NCBI GenBank assembly: GCA_038135065.1
Contig: JAYPWI010000013.1
Location: forward strand, 14,497 to 78,496
DNA from: Acidimicrobiales bacterium
GTDB taxonomy: Bacteria; Actinomycetota; Acidimicrobiia; Acidimicrobiales; Poriferisodalaceae
Direction of reading: 5' to 3'
Length of the DNA stretch: 64,000 nt
The translations under genes and the position numbers were made by a program. Positions 9,100 through 18,948 of the stretch are shown in pieces. The notes under the pieces were generated by a model that was not told the DNA's origin, did no database searches, and saw only the letters and a list, made by a program, of their open reading frames with translations. The stretch's first letter is position 1, and each line of letters begins with the position of its first letter.

Positions 9100-10737
9100 A
9101 TGGCCATGCCCGAGTTCACCTTCAGCGATCTCCTCCCCCTGGGCGACGCCGATGTCACCTACCGCAAGCTCACCAGTGACCACGTGTCGACCTTCGAGGC
9201 CGGAGGCCGAACGTTCCTCCATGTCGAGCCCGAGGGCCTGCGGCTCCTCACCGCCGAGGCCATGCGGGACATCTCGCACCTGTTGCGCACCGATCACCTG
9301 ACCCAGCTGGCCTCCATCCTCGACGACCCCGAGGCCTCGGCCAACGATCGGTTCGTGGCCCTCGAGCTCCTGCGCAACGCCAACATCGCGGCCGGTGGTG
9401 TGCTGCCGAGTTGTCAGGACACCGGTACGGCGATCGTGTGGGGCTACAAGGGTGAGCGGGTCATCACCGACGCAGACGACGTCGAGGCGATCAGTCGCGG
9501 GGTGTTCGACACCTACCAGACGTCCAACCTGCGCTACTCGCAGCTGGCGCCGTTGTCGATGTTCGAGGAGAAGAACACGGGCAACAACCTGCCGGCCCAG
9601 ATCGAGCTGTACGCAGCGCCGGGTGACGCCTACAAGCTGGTGTTCATGGCCAAGGGGGGTGGGTCGGCCAACAAGAGCTTCCTGTATCAGGAGACCAAGG
9701 CGGTGCTCAACGAGGCCAGTCTCCTGCGGTTCCTCGACGAGAAACTCCGCACCCTGGGTACTGCGGCCTGCCCGCCGTACCACCTCGCGGTGGTGATCGG
9801 CGGCACCTCGGGTGAGTTCGCTCTCAAGACGGCCAAGTACGCCTCTGCCCATTATCTCGACACCCTGCCCACCTCGGGTTCGGACACGGGGCACGGGTTC
9901 CGCGATCTGGAATGGGAAGCCCGCATCCTCGACCTCACCCGCCAGTTCGGCATCGGGGCCCAGTTCGGCGGCAAGTACTTCTGCCACGACATCCGGGTCA
10001 TCCGCCTTCCCCGCCACGGCGCGTCCTGTCCGGTGGCTGTTGCCGTGTCGTGCTCGGCGGACCGCCAGGCGCTGGCCAAGATCACGGCCGACGGCATCTT
10101 CCTCGAGCAACTCGAGGAAGACCCGGCCCGCTTCCTGCCCGAGACGACCGAGGACGAACTGTCCGATGACGTTGTCCCCATCGACCTGAACCGTCCAATG
10201 GACGAGATCCGGGCAGAGCTGTCGCGTTACCCGGTCAAGACCAGGCTCTCTCTGTCGGGCACCCTGGTCGTAGCTCGTGACATCGCTCACGCCAAGATCC
10301 AGGAACGGCTCGACGCCGGTGAGGGCATGCCCGAGTACATGCGCCGCTACCCCGTGTACTACGCCGGTCCGGCCAAGACCCCCGAGGGCTACGCATCGGG
10401 CTCGTTCGGGCCGACCACGGCTGGTCGTATGGACAGCTACGTCGAGTCGTTCCAGGCGGCCGGCGGAAGCCTGGTGATGCTGGCCAAGGGCAACCGCTCA
10501 CGCCAGGTCACCGAGGCCTGTGCCGCCCACGGCGGGTTCTATCTGGGCTCCATCGGTGGGCCGGCGGCTCGGTTGGCCAAGGACTCGATCCGCCACGTCG
10601 AGGTGCTCGAGTATCCCGAGCTCGGCATGGAAGCGGTGTGGCGCATCGAGGTGGAGGACTTCCCAGCCTTCATCGTGGTCGACGACAAGGGTCACGATTT
10701 TTTCAGCGAGGTGAGCACCCCGGTCACCATCCGGTGA
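9100..10737 (+). CDS. class I (Fe-S) fumarate hydratase
   Basis: [15 protein letters not shown]...[14 protein letters not shown]...[11 protein letters not shown]...[25 protein letters not shown]. The alpha and beta domains are fused, as in FumA-type enzymes. Confidence 0.92.
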   Translation: MAMPEFTFSDLLPLGDADVTYRKLTSDHVSTFEAGGRTFLHVEPEGLRLLTAEAMRDISHLLRTDHLTQLASILDDPEASANDRFVALELLRNANIAAGGVLPSCQDTGTAIVWGYKGERVITDADDVEAISRGVFDTYQTSNLRYSQLAPLSMFEEKNTGNNLPAQIELYAAPGDAYKLVFMAKGGGSANKSFLYQETKAVLNEASLLRFLDEKLRTLGTAACPPYHLAVVIGGTSGEFALKTAKYASAHYLDTLPTSGSDTGHGFRDLEWEARILDLTRQFGIGAQFGGKYFCHDIRVIRLPRHGASCPVAVAVSCSADRQALAKITADGIFLEQLEEDPARFLPETTEDELSDDVVPIDLNRPMDEIRAELSRYPVKTRLSLSGTLVVARDIAHAKIQERLDAGEGMPEYMRRYPVYYAGPAKTPEGYASGSFGPTTAGRMDSYVESFQAAGGSLVMLAKGNRSRQVTEACAAHGGFYLGSIGGPAARLAKDSIRHVEVLEYPELGMEAVWRIEVEDFPAFIVVDDKGHDFFSEVSTPVTIR

Positions 10738-10756
10738 GGGCTGGGGTCCCGGCCGC

Positions 10757-11896
10757 TCAGACCCCGGCGAGGGAGATGGGGGCGGGGGACAGCTTGCGGA
10801 CCTCGGGCATCACCTGGTCTGCGAACAGCTCCACGTTGCGCATGGCCTCGTCCTTGCCCATCCCGCCGTAGCGGAAGATGCACATGATCTCCGACGTACC
10901 GAACTGGTTGGCCAGCTCGGACATCTTCTCGGTGACCATCTCGGGTGTCCCCCAGGGGTGTCGTGCGAAGAAGCCGTCGAGGAAGGGCGATGGGTCGGCT
11001 CGGAGGGCGGCCGCCCGCTCGGCGTACCCCTCGTATCCCTTGAGGCCATCGAAATGGGTGCCCATCATCTCGTAGTGACGCAACGCACTGTCCGCGTATT
11101 CGACGGTGCAGCGTCGGGCTCCTTCGCGGGCCTCGGCTTCGGTCTCGGCGCAGTACACCCACAGCGCCAGCTTGGTGTCGGTCGGTTGCAGGCCGGCGTC
11201 CTGGCGGAGCTTCATGTAGTGACGGGCCCCGGCCAGGGTGAGGTCGAGCGAGGTGGTGGGGATCATCAGGGGCTTGATGTCCTCCTCGGCGATCACGGCC
11301 ATGGTCTCCGGGGAGCCCGCCGCGCAGTACAGCGAGCCTGACAGGTCGCTCAGTGGCTGGGGTCGGAGGCGGACGTTGTCGAGCTGGAAGTGCTCACCGT
11401 GGAAGGTGCACTCCCCGGTCTGCAGCAGCTGACGGACCACCTTGACGCTCTCGTCGAACCGACCACGGGCCTCGTTCTGGTCGATGCTGAGGCCCCCGTA
11501 CTCCCGACGGCCGAGACCTCGCCCCACACCGGCCAGGACCTGACGATCACCCAGCAGGGCATCCAGCATCACGATGTCCTCTGCCACCCTGACGGGGTTG
11601 TGCCAGGGCAGCACGATCACCATGGTGCCCAGATCGACGTTCTCGGTGATCCCGGCGAAGTAGGTGAGCAGCTGCAGGGGGTTGGTCACCATGGTGTACG
11701 GGGTGAAGTGGTGCTCGATGGTCCACAGGCTGTCGAAGCCGAGTTGATCGACCCGACGGGCCAACTCGATCTCCTCCATGAAGATCGTTCGGTCATCGGT
11801 GTGAGGGCGCGGGGGGACGTGCTCGCCGCGCTCCTCGGCCTCGTAGCGGTCCCAGTCCGCATAGTTCTGACAGAAGATCGTTGCCCCGATGCGCAT
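10757..11896 (-). CDS. LLM-class (luciferase-like) flavin-dependent oxidoreductase
   Basis: From the internal ATG at 11896: MRIGATIFCQNY...GFDSLWTIEHHFTPY...VLPWHNPVRVAEDI. Confidence 0.85.
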   Translation of the reverse strand: MRIGATIFCQNYADWDRYEAEERGEHVPPRPHTDDRTIFMEEIELARRVDQLGFDSLWTIEHHFTPYTMVTNPLQLLTYFAGITENVDLGTMVIVLPWHNPVRVAEDIVMLDALLGDRQVLAGVGRGLGRREYGGLSIDQNEARGRFDESVKVVRQLLQTGECTFHGEHFQLDNVRLRPQPLSDLSGSLYCAAGSPETMAVIAEEDIKPLMIPTTSLDLTLAGARHYMKLRQDAGLQPTDTKLALWVYCAETEAEAREGARRCTVEYADSALRHYEMMGTHFDGLKGYEGYAERAAALRADPSPFLDGFFARHPWGTPEMVTEKMSELANQFGTSEIMCIFRYGGMGKDEAMRNVELFADQVMPEVRKLSPAPISLAGV

Positions 11897-12005
11897 CCGT
11901 GCCCCCTCGCCGTTGCGTGACTCCACGCTAGCCGTCGACCCGCGCCCGAGCGGAGCCATGCCAGGATGGGCGACCGACCAGCGAAGGGCACAGGGGAGGG
12001 TCGAC

Positions 12006-12767
12006 ATGGATCTGGCAGGGCGACGAGCAGTGGTCACCGGGGGGTCGGGCGACATCGGGGGGGCGATCGCTCGAGCGCTGGCCGAGGCGGGGTGTGACGT
12101 GGCGGTCACCTACGTCGGCAACAAGGAGGGCGCCGACGCCGTGGTGGGTGAGCTCGAGGGCGCCGGTCGGCGAGCGGTGGCCCTTCCCCTCGACCAGCGG
12201 GACCCCGATGGGGTCGACGCCTTGGCCGCCACCGCCGTCGACGCCCTCGGTGGCTGCGACGTGCTGGTCAACAACGCAGCCTGGAACATCGGGATCCCGT
12301 TTCCCGACCTCGACGCCCTCGATCCGGCGACCTGGGACCGGGTACTCGAGACCAACCTCCGGGGCCCCTATCTCCTCAGCCGAGTACTGGCCCCCCATTT
12401 GGCCGAGGGCGACGGTGGACGGATCGTGAACATCGCGTCGGTCGGCGGCCTGGTACCGGGGTCGTCGTCGATCGCCTACAGCTGCTCCAAGGCCGGGCTC
12501 ATCCACCTCACTCACTGCCTGGCCGTGGCGATGGCCCCGGCGGTTGCCGTCAACTGTGTTGCCCCTGGCTTGGTGGAGGGCACCAGGATGGCCAATCGCT
12601 TGCCTGATGCCGTCGCCGATGGGGCCCGGCGGGGCGCCGTGCTGGGCCGGGTGGGAAGTGCTGAGGACGTTGCCGCGGCCACGGTCATGTTGTGCCGGGC
12701 TGACACGGTGACGGGGCAGACAGTCGTGGTCGACGGCGGGATGCCCCAGGCCATGAACTTCGGTTGA
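12006..12767 (+). CDS. SDR-family oxidoreductase
   Basis: MDLAGRRAVVTGGSGDIGGAIA (Rossmann TGxxxGxG), NNAAWN and YSCSKAG (YxxxK). Confidence 0.9.
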   Translation: MDLAGRRAVVTGGSGDIGGAIARALAEAGCDVAVTYVGNKEGADAVVGELEGAGRRAVALPLDQRDPDGVDALAATAVDALGGCDVLVNNAAWNIGIPFPDLDALDPATWDRVLETNLRGPYLLSRVLAPHLAEGDGGRIVNIASVGGLVPGSSSIAYSCSKAGLIHLTHCLAVAMAPAVAVNCVAPGLVEGTRMANRLPDAVADGARRGAVLGRVGSAEDVAAATVMLCRADTVTGQTVVVDGGMPQAMNFG

Positions 12768-12824
12768 ACCGCCCCGATGGCCGGGCGCGACGTAGCCTGG
12801 GGGCCCGCAGCGAGGGGGAGCGAG

Positions 12825-13673
12825 ATGACGACGTGGCAGATCGGTGACGTGTCGGTGACCAAGGTGACCGAGATGGAGAAGTTCTGGCCGTTCTCGGCCC
12901 TGCTTCCGGGTGGCGAGGACCTGGCCGATGCCCACCCCTGGCTGAAGCCGGATTTCCTGAGCGATGACGGGCGGATGATCCTGTCCATCCACGCCCTCGT
13001 CGTTCGCTCCGAGGGCATGACCATCGTCGTCGACACCTGCTGTGGTAACAGCAAGGAGCGGCCGGGAGCACCCGCCTTCGACAATCTGGACACCGAGTTC
13101 CTGGCCCGCATGAGTGATGCCGGGGTCCACCCCGACGAGGTGGACGTGGTCGTGTGCACCCACCTCCACGTCGACCATGTCGGTTGGAACACCACGCTCG
13201 TGGACGGGGCATGGGTACCCACCTTCCCCAACGCCCGCTACCTGTTCGTGGAGGCCGAATACGAGTTCTGGCGCGCCGAACCCCAGAAGTACGGACCCGT
13301 CTTCGAAGACTCGGTGGCCCCGATCATGGATGCGGGCCTGGCCGACATCGTCGGTTCCGACCACCGCATTACGGGGGAGGTGAGGCTGGAGTCGACACCG
13401 GGCCACACCCCGGGTCACGCCAGCGTCGTGATCGAATCGGGTGGGTCCACGGCGGTGATCACCGGCGACATGACCCACCATCCCGTCCAGTTCGCCCATC
13501 CCGAGTTGGCGTCCTCGGCGGACTGGGACCAGTCCATGTCGACGGCGACCCGCCACGAGGCATACGGCCGGTGGGCTGATGGGCGGTTGGTCATCGGCAC
13601 CCATTTCGGCGGCCGGACCGCTGGCGTGCTGACGTCACAGGGCGACGCCTATCGATTCGATCCCCCATCCTGA
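12825..13673 (+). CDS. MBL-fold metallo-hydrolase (lactonase-like)
   Basis: HLHVDHVGWN (HxHxDH) and TPGHTPGH. GAGGGGGAG lies upstream of ATG 12825. Confidence 0.85.
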   Translation: MTTWQIGDVSVTKVTEMEKFWPFSALLPGGEDLADAHPWLKPDFLSDDGRMILSIHALVVRSEGMTIVVDTCCGNSKERPGAPAFDNLDTEFLARMSDAGVHPDEVDVVVCTHLHVDHVGWNTTLVDGAWVPTFPNARYLFVEAEYEFWRAEPQKYGPVFEDSVAPIMDAGLADIVGSDHRITGEVRLESTPGHTPGHASVVIESGGSTAVITGDMTHHPVQFAHPELASSADWDQSMSTATRHEAYGRWADGRLVIGTHFGGRTAGVLTSQGDAYRFDPPS

Positions 13674-14953
13674 TCCGGCTGTGGGCGGCTCGCCGGAGTC
13701 AGGAGTGCCACGACCCCTGAAGCCAGGACGGCAATGGCCACGGCGATGTGTACCTTCGGCTCGAGGGCCAGGGTGAGGATTGCGGTCGCGAGGGCCACCG
13801 CTCCCTGTGTGGGGGAGGACCGCAGAAGCTGCCAGACCCCGGGGATGTCGATGAGTCGATACACCGCCACGACCACGGTCGCCGCGAGCGCGGCCCGGGG
13901 AATCATCGACAACAGGGGCGCCGCAGGCAGGAGCGCCAGCACGATCAACCCGGCACCGATACCGCTCCAACGGGTACGGCCACCGGCGAGGCGGTTGAGT
14001 GATGTCCGGGAGAACGAGCCACCGACCGGGAAACCGCCAACGAGACCTGATGCCAGGTTGGCGATGCCCTGACCGCCGAGTTCTCTCGACGCATCCCACT
14101 GCACCCCGTCCGTGGTTGCGTTCCGTCGGGCAATGGCTGCCGGCTCGGCGAAGTCGATGATGCTGACGACCAAGGCAATGAACAAGAGGCTCGGTGCCTG
14201 ATCCCAGGGGAGTGCGCCAATGTCGGGTACCGGCAGCACCCTAGGAACCTCACCGACCATGTCGATGGTGGCGCTCCCCAGCTTCGCAAGCAGGGCGGAC
14301 GCGCCGAGGGCAATCAACACGCCTGGGAAGCGCCGACCGGCGACGCGCCTCCCGCCGACGATGACGACTGCGACGAGTGCGGCCAGTCCGATGCTGGGAG
14401 CCGACCACAGGTGGGGTTTCACGAGGGCGTCGATGCCCCCGAGGAGCACGTCGTCTCCTCCGGGTCGCCCGAGCATGGCGGGGAGCTGTGAAGAAGTGAT
14501 GACCAGCGCTGCCCCGGTGGTGAATCCCAGAACGACTGCCGGTGTCATGAGGTAGGCCGCTCGACCCAGGCGCAGGGCGGCCAGCACGATGCGGATCGCC
14601 CCGACCATCACGGCGAGGAGTGCGGCGAGTGCGATGTAGTCGTCGGTGCCAGGTTCAGCGCGGGTTGAGACGATGCCGAAGGTGACCAGCGCCGTGAGGG
14701 CCACGGGTCCCGTTTGGAGGTGGGCAGACGATCCGAAGGCGCCGGAGACGATGGGCGGAATCGATGCTGCGACCAGTCCCACATGGGCAGGCACACCGGC
14801 GAGTTCTGCGTAGGCCAGGCACTGGGGGATGAGCAGCAGGGCCACGGACAGAGCGGCAGCAGTGTCGCTCTTGGTCAGACGCGGTAGGTGAGGAATCAGC
14901 GGCCCTGGGGTCGGGCCCGTTCGGGGAGCCATCGGTTCGGATCCAGTCGGCAA
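13649..14953 (-). CDS. SulP-family anion transporter, membrane domain only (no STAS domain)
   Basis: ALSVALLLIPQCLAYAELAGVPAHVGL is the SulP signature. The protein is 434 aa and ends right after the last hydrophobic segment. Confidence 0.8.
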   Translation of the reverse strand: MPTGSEPMAPRTGPTPGPLIPHLPRLTKSDTAAALSVALLLIPQCLAYAELAGVPAHVGLVAASIPPIVSGAFGSSAHLQTGPVALTALVTFGIVSTRAEPGTDDYIALAALLAVMVGAIRIVLAALRLGRAAYLMTPAVVLGFTTGAALVITSSQLPAMLGRPGGDDVLLGGIDALVKPHLWSAPSIGLAALVAVVIVGGRRVAGRRFPGVLIALGASALLAKLGSATIDMVGEVPRVLPVPDIGALPWDQAPSLLFIALVVSIIDFAEPAAIARRNATTDGVQWDASRELGGQGIANLASGLVGGFPVGGSFSRTSLNRLAGGRTRWSGIGAGLIVLALLPAAPLLSMIPRAALAATVVVAVYRLIDIPGVWQLLRSSPTQGAVALATAILTLALEPKVHIAVAIAVLASGVVALLTPASRPQPDQDGGSNR

Positions 14954-14980
14954 TTCCTAGGGCAGGGACAGGGATTCGGA

Positions 14981-15763
14981 TCACACGACGAGGTGTGCCT
15001 GCAGGGCCTCCAGGCCGTCGGGGCCGAGGCCGAGGGTGTCGGCGATGTACCCCCGCGCCCCGCCGTGCTCTGCGTCGAGGTACGACAACGCCTGGGCCAT
15101 GGCCGGTCGTGGGGCGGACAGGGCTGGTCGGACTGCCTCGACGTCGACTCCTGCTGCCTCGAGGTTGGGTCGCAGGTCCTCGATGCGCCGATTCGAGCGC
15201 AGGGTGTTGGTCAACTCGTAGTCGTCGAGCACCACCTGCCGCTCGACTCCGCAGGCTTCGAGCACCAGAGCTGCTGCCAGGCCGGTCCGGTCCTTGCCAG
15301 CCGTGCAGTGGAAGAGCAAGGGCAGGTGCTCGTGGTCTGCCAACAGGGTCATGAAGGCAGCGAACCGATGACCGTGGGCGTCGAGCATGTCCACATACGA
15401 CGCCCCCACGTCGTCGACCGAGACGGCAGTGATGTCGCCACGCCGCAGACGTTCGACGAACTCGTGCTGCTGGGCGATTTCGTCGCCGATGGGGAGAGGG
15501 GCCAGGGTCGTGACCGACGGCCAGAGCCGGCTGACGTCGCGGTCCATCTCAGCCTGGGTCCGGAAGTCGACCACGGTACGAATGCCGTAGCTGGCCAGCT
15601 CCTCGAGGTCGTCGTCGCTGAGGGTGGAGAGACGATCGGATCGGAAGAGTGCGCCGGTCCGCACGGTTCGGCCGGCCATGGTTCGGTAGCCACCGACGTC
15701 TCGGCAGTTCATGGCTCCTGTGAGGGCGACGACGGCTCCGCTGCGGGTCAACGGATCGGTCAT
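14981..15763 (-). CDS. protein-tyrosine phosphatase-like (Y_phosphatase3 / PF13350-like)
   Basis: NCRDVGGY...LFRSD...FHCTAGKDRTG (the CX5R P-loop). The start overlaps the upstream stop in an ATGA at 15760-15763. Confidence 0.8.
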   Translation of the reverse strand: MTDPLTRSGAVVALTGAMNCRDVGGYRTMAGRTVRTGALFRSDRLSTLSDDDLEELASYGIRTVVDFRTQAEMDRDVSRLWPSVTTLAPLPIGDEIAQQHEFVERLRRGDITAVSVDDVGASYVDMLDAHGHRFAAFMTLLADHEHLPLLFHCTAGKDRTGLAAALVLEACGVERQVVLDDYELTNTLRSNRRIEDLRPNLEAAGVDVEAVRPALSAPRPAMAQALSYLDAEHGGARGYIADTLGLGPDGLEALQAHLVV

Positions 15764-16878
15764 TCGGACGGGCGTGGTTCTCGGGGGAGGCCCAGAATCC
15801 GCTCCCCGATGATGTTGCGGAGGATCTGCGTGGTGCCCCCCATGATCGTGTAAGCGGGGGCGTAGACGACGTTGCGCGAGACCCGGTTCCACAGCATGGT
15901 GTCCGCTCCTGCGACGTCACCCACGAAGCTGGCCACCTCCTGTTCGAACTCGGTGCACCAGGTCTTCGTGATCGCCGAGTACTGGGCAAACGGGGTCTGC
16001 CGCAGCACATTGCGAAGCACCATGTCGCGCCCGATCCGGTAGCCCGTCTCGATACGGGCCATGCGTTGGCGCACCAGAGGGTTGCTCGTGTCAGCGAGCG
16101 GTTTGGTGTCGAGGTACAGGCGTTGGTTGGAGGCCAGTCGATCGATGCCGCCCCGCTCGTGCTCGAGCTGACGCATGGTTTGTCCGAAGCTGTTGTTCAG
16201 TTCACCGACCAGGCGGTCTGCGGGTACCTCGACGTTGTCGAAGAAGACTTCGTTGAAGTGCGCGTCTCCCGAGTTGTCCTTGATCGGGTTGACGGTGATG
16301 CCCGGCGTCGTCATGTCGACGATCAGCTCGCTCATTCCCTTGTGCGGGGGAGCGTCTGGGTCGGTGCGGCAGATCAGGTAGCAGTAGTTGGCTTCCTTGG
16401 CGCCGCTGGTCCAGATCTTCTGCCCGTTGACGATGAAACGGTCCCCGTCACGAACTGCCGTTGTGCGGATGCCCGCGACGTTGGACCCCGCATCCGGCTC
16501 GGACATGCCGATGCACCATTGAGCCTCCCCGGCTCGCATCTCGGGCAGGAACCGACGTTGCTGTTCCTCGGTCCCGTAGGTCAGCAGGACAGGCCCGATC
16601 TGCCGATCGGGGAAGAACGACCCCGCCATCGGGGCGCCCCCGAGCAGCAGCTGTTCGGTGACCACGAATCGCTCGACTTCCGGCCGTCCTGCACCCCCGG
16701 CTTCGACAGGCCAGGTCATGCCGATCCAGCCCCGTTCGGCCAGCCGCTTGGTGAACTCCCGCGAGTAGCCCACCAGCCAACCGTCGTCGGTGGTGAACAG
16801 GTCCGACGTCGCTTCCGCGACCCACTGGGCGGCCTCGGCCGCTAACTCGTCAAGATCGCTCGGCCAGGAGTACTCCAT
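15760..16878 (-). CDS. acyl-CoA dehydrogenase
   Basis: 372 aa. WIGMTWPVEAGG...CIGMSEPDAGSNVAG...GQKIWTSGA...GGTTQILRNIIGERILGLPRE. Confidence 0.9.
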   Translation of the reverse strand: MEYSWPSDLDELAAEAAQWVAEATSDLFTTDDGWLVGYSREFTKRLAERGWIGMTWPVEAGGAGRPEVERFVVTEQLLLGGAPMAGSFFPDRQIGPVLLTYGTEEQQRRFLPEMRAGEAQWCIGMSEPDAGSNVAGIRTTAVRDGDRFIVNGQKIWTSGAKEANYCYLICRTDPDAPPHKGMSELIVDMTTPGITVNPIKDNSGDAHFNEVFFDNVEVPADRLVGELNNSFGQTMRQLEHERGGIDRLASNQRLYLDTKPLADTSNPLVRQRMARIETGYRIGRDMVLRNVLRQTPFAQYSAITKTWCTEFEQEVASFVGDVAGADTMLWNRVSRNVVYAPAYTIMGGTTQILRNIIGERILGLPREPRPSE

Positions 16879-17115
16879 GGCCTTGGACTGTAGCGAGCAG
16901 CCGCTGAAGGTGCCCCTCCGGGAAATTCTTCAAAATCTTTCTCAAGGTCGCGAAGTGCGATGCCGAAAGCCCCAAGGACACACAGGTCGCGCCACGCATC
17001 TGGGGGCGGACGCGGACCGACCTGATGGTCGGGGCGGCGGTTGCCCCGCCCCCCCGACCGCGTGTGTCCAGCGGGGACCGGTGGAGGCCCCGCGAGGGGT
17101 TTGCCCACGCGCGGG

Positions 17116-18087
17116 GTGGGGGTTCCCGAGTACGGCGATGTGGACGTGCTCGAAGTCCGAGAAATCCCTGACCCCGAGCCTGGCCCAGACGAGGTCGTCG
17201 TCGCCGTCCGGTCGACGGCGATGAATCGGGCTGACCTGCTACAACGAGCGGGCTTGTACCCGGCCCCTGGCCCTGCCCCCGAGTACGAGGTGCCCGGCCT
17301 CGAATTCGCTGGGGTGGTCGCTGCTGTTGGGCGGCAGGTGACAGCGTGGTCCGAGGGGGATGCCGTCATGGGCATCGTCAGCGGAGGTGGGCATGCCGAG
17401 CTGGTCGTGACCCATGAGCGGATGTTGCAGCGTCTTCCGGCCTCGGTAGCGGTGGAGGACGGGGCGGCGATTCCCGAGGTGTTCATGACCGCTCATGACG
17501 CCCTGGTCACCCAGGGAGGCCTGACGAGTGGTGGGCGGGCCCTCGTTCACGCTGGGGCTTCGGGTGTGGGGACCGCAGCCATCCAGATTGTTGGGGCCCT
17601 TGGGGCCCGTATCGCTGTCACCTGTAGTGCGGGCAAGGTTGACGCTTGCCGTGACCTGGGCGCCGATCTGGTCATCGACTACACCACGACCGACTTTGCA
17701 GAGGCCATCGCCTCATGGACGGGCGGCGCAGGTGTTGACGTCGTACTCGACGTGATCGGCGGGGAGTACCTGACCCGCAACATCCAGAGCCTGCGGGTGC
17801 AGGGGCGCATTATCCAGGTGGGTGTCATGGGGGAGGGGGTGGCCAACCTCCCCATCGGCCTGCTCCTGCCCAAGCGGGCCTCACTCATCGGTACGGTCTT
17901 GCGTTCACGACCGCTGGAGCAGAAGATCGAGGCGAACCAGCGATTTGTGCGAGAGCTGCTGCCCCGATTCGACGACGGATCCCTTCGGCCGGTCATCGAT
18001 GCTCGGTTCCCCCTCGAGGAGATCGCAGCCGCCCACAGCTATATGGCCACCAACGCCAACGTGGGGAAGATCCTGATCGACGTCTGA
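17116..18087 (+). CDS. NAD(P)H:quinone oxidoreductase / zeta-crystallin-type medium-chain dehydrogenase
   Basis: VPEYGDVDVLEVREIPDPEPGPDEVVV...HAGASGVGTAAIQI...SYMATNANVGKILIDV. The start is uncertain: GTG 17116, or TTG 17041 as in the ORF track. Confidence 0.8.
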   Translation: MGVPEYGDVDVLEVREIPDPEPGPDEVVVAVRSTAMNRADLLQRAGLYPAPGPAPEYEVPGLEFAGVVAAVGRQVTAWSEGDAVMGIVSGGGHAELVVTHERMLQRLPASVAVEDGAAIPEVFMTAHDALVTQGGLTSGGRALVHAGASGVGTAAIQIVGALGARIAVTCSAGKVDACRDLGADLVIDYTTTDFAEAIASWTGGAGVDVVLDVIGGEYLTRNIQSLRVQGRIIQVGVMGEGVANLPIGLLLPKRASLIGTVLRSRPLEQKIEANQRFVRELLPRFDDGSLRPVIDARFPLEEIAAAHSYMATNANVGKILIDV

Positions 18088-18099
18088 CGGTTCGGCCGC

Positions 18100-18894
18100 T
18101 CAGATGTGCAGGGTGCCGTCTACCACCGTCACTGCGCGACCGGTGAGGACGGTCCTGTCCCCCCTGACATCGACGGTCATCCGTCCGCCGCGGGCTGACA
18201 CCTGGTGAGCTCTCAGGCTCGTTGTGCCCAGCCGTTGAGCCCACCAGGGTCCGAGCACGGTGTGGGCCGAGCCGGTCACGGGGTCCTCGGCGACGCCGAC
18301 CCTTGGCGCAAAGACCCGGGATACGAAATGAGCATCGCCGCCATCGAGGTCGCCGGCCGCGGTGACGATCACGGCCCGGGTATCGATGCCGGCAAGGGTG
18401 GGCAGGTCTGGCCGTAGGTTGCTGACCGTCTGGGGGTCATCGACCTGGGCAAGCAGGTCGAAGGAGCGGGCCTGGGCCACCACGGGTGTGCCAAGAGCCT
18501 GCGCGAGGGTGGCGTCGGGTTCGCATTCCTCGACGTCGGCGGTGGGGAAGTCCATGGCGATACCTCCCTCGACCCTGCTGCAGGTCAGGGGGCCGCTTCG
18601 GGTGTGAAAGGTGATGTCGCCGGCATCGACGATGGAGGTCTCGAACAACACGTGAGCCGTCGCCAGTGTTGCGTGGCCGCACAGATCCACCTCTGTGGTC
18701 GGGGTGAACCAGCGCAGGTCCCATCCACCGTCGCTCCGAGGCATCGGGAACGCCGTCTCGCTGAGGTTCATCTCGCAGGCGATGGCCTGCATCGCAGCGG
18801 CGTCGAGGATGCCGTCGAGGAGGACCACGGCCGCCGGGTTGCCGGCCAGGGCCTGATCCGTGAACGCGTCTACCTGGTAGAGCGGCGCTTTCAT
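18100..18894 (-). CDS. PhzF-family isomerase
   Basis: MKAPLYQVDAFTDQALAGNPAAVVL...NLSETAF...CGHATLA. Confidence 0.88.
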   Translation of the reverse strand: MKAPLYQVDAFTDQALAGNPAAVVLLDGILDAAAMQAIACEMNLSETAFPMPRSDGGWDLRWFTPTTEVDLCGHATLATAHVLFETSIVDAGDITFHTRSGPLTCSRVEGGIAMDFPTADVEECEPDATLAQALGTPVVAQARSFDLLAQVDDPQTVSNLRPDLPTLAGIDTRAVIVTAAGDLDGGDAHFVSRVFAPRVGVAEDPVTGSAHTVLGPWWAQRLGTTSLRAHQVSARGGRMTVDVRGDRTVLTGRAVTVVDGTLHI

Positions 18895-18948
18895 GGGGTT
18901 ACTTCGACCACCTTGGGCCGCCCGAGCACGGCGGACGGTGGTGTGGTC

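Noticed and set aside
11928-13604. 558-aa minus-strand ORF
   Set aside because: It lies antisense to the clearly recognisable SDR and MBL hydrolase genes, and its translation is low-complexity Arg/Gly/Pro/His-rich. Similar shadow ORFs were dismissed for the same reason at 635-1411, 18604-19944, 23292-24584, 28710-29732, 42158-43406, 49458-50537, 56046-57131, 57155-58720 and 60952-62220.
16879-17115. 237-nt GC-rich gap between the ACAD and quinone oxidoreductase genes, with several short hairpins (CCGACC-TGAT-GGTCGG, GGGGCGG-N7-CCGCCCC, CCCCGCG-N15-CGCGGGG)
   Set aside because: I cannot match it to any riboswitch or leader class. Part of it may be coding if the oxidoreductase starts at TTG 17041. 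The hairpins are of the kind that arise easily in GC-rich DNA.
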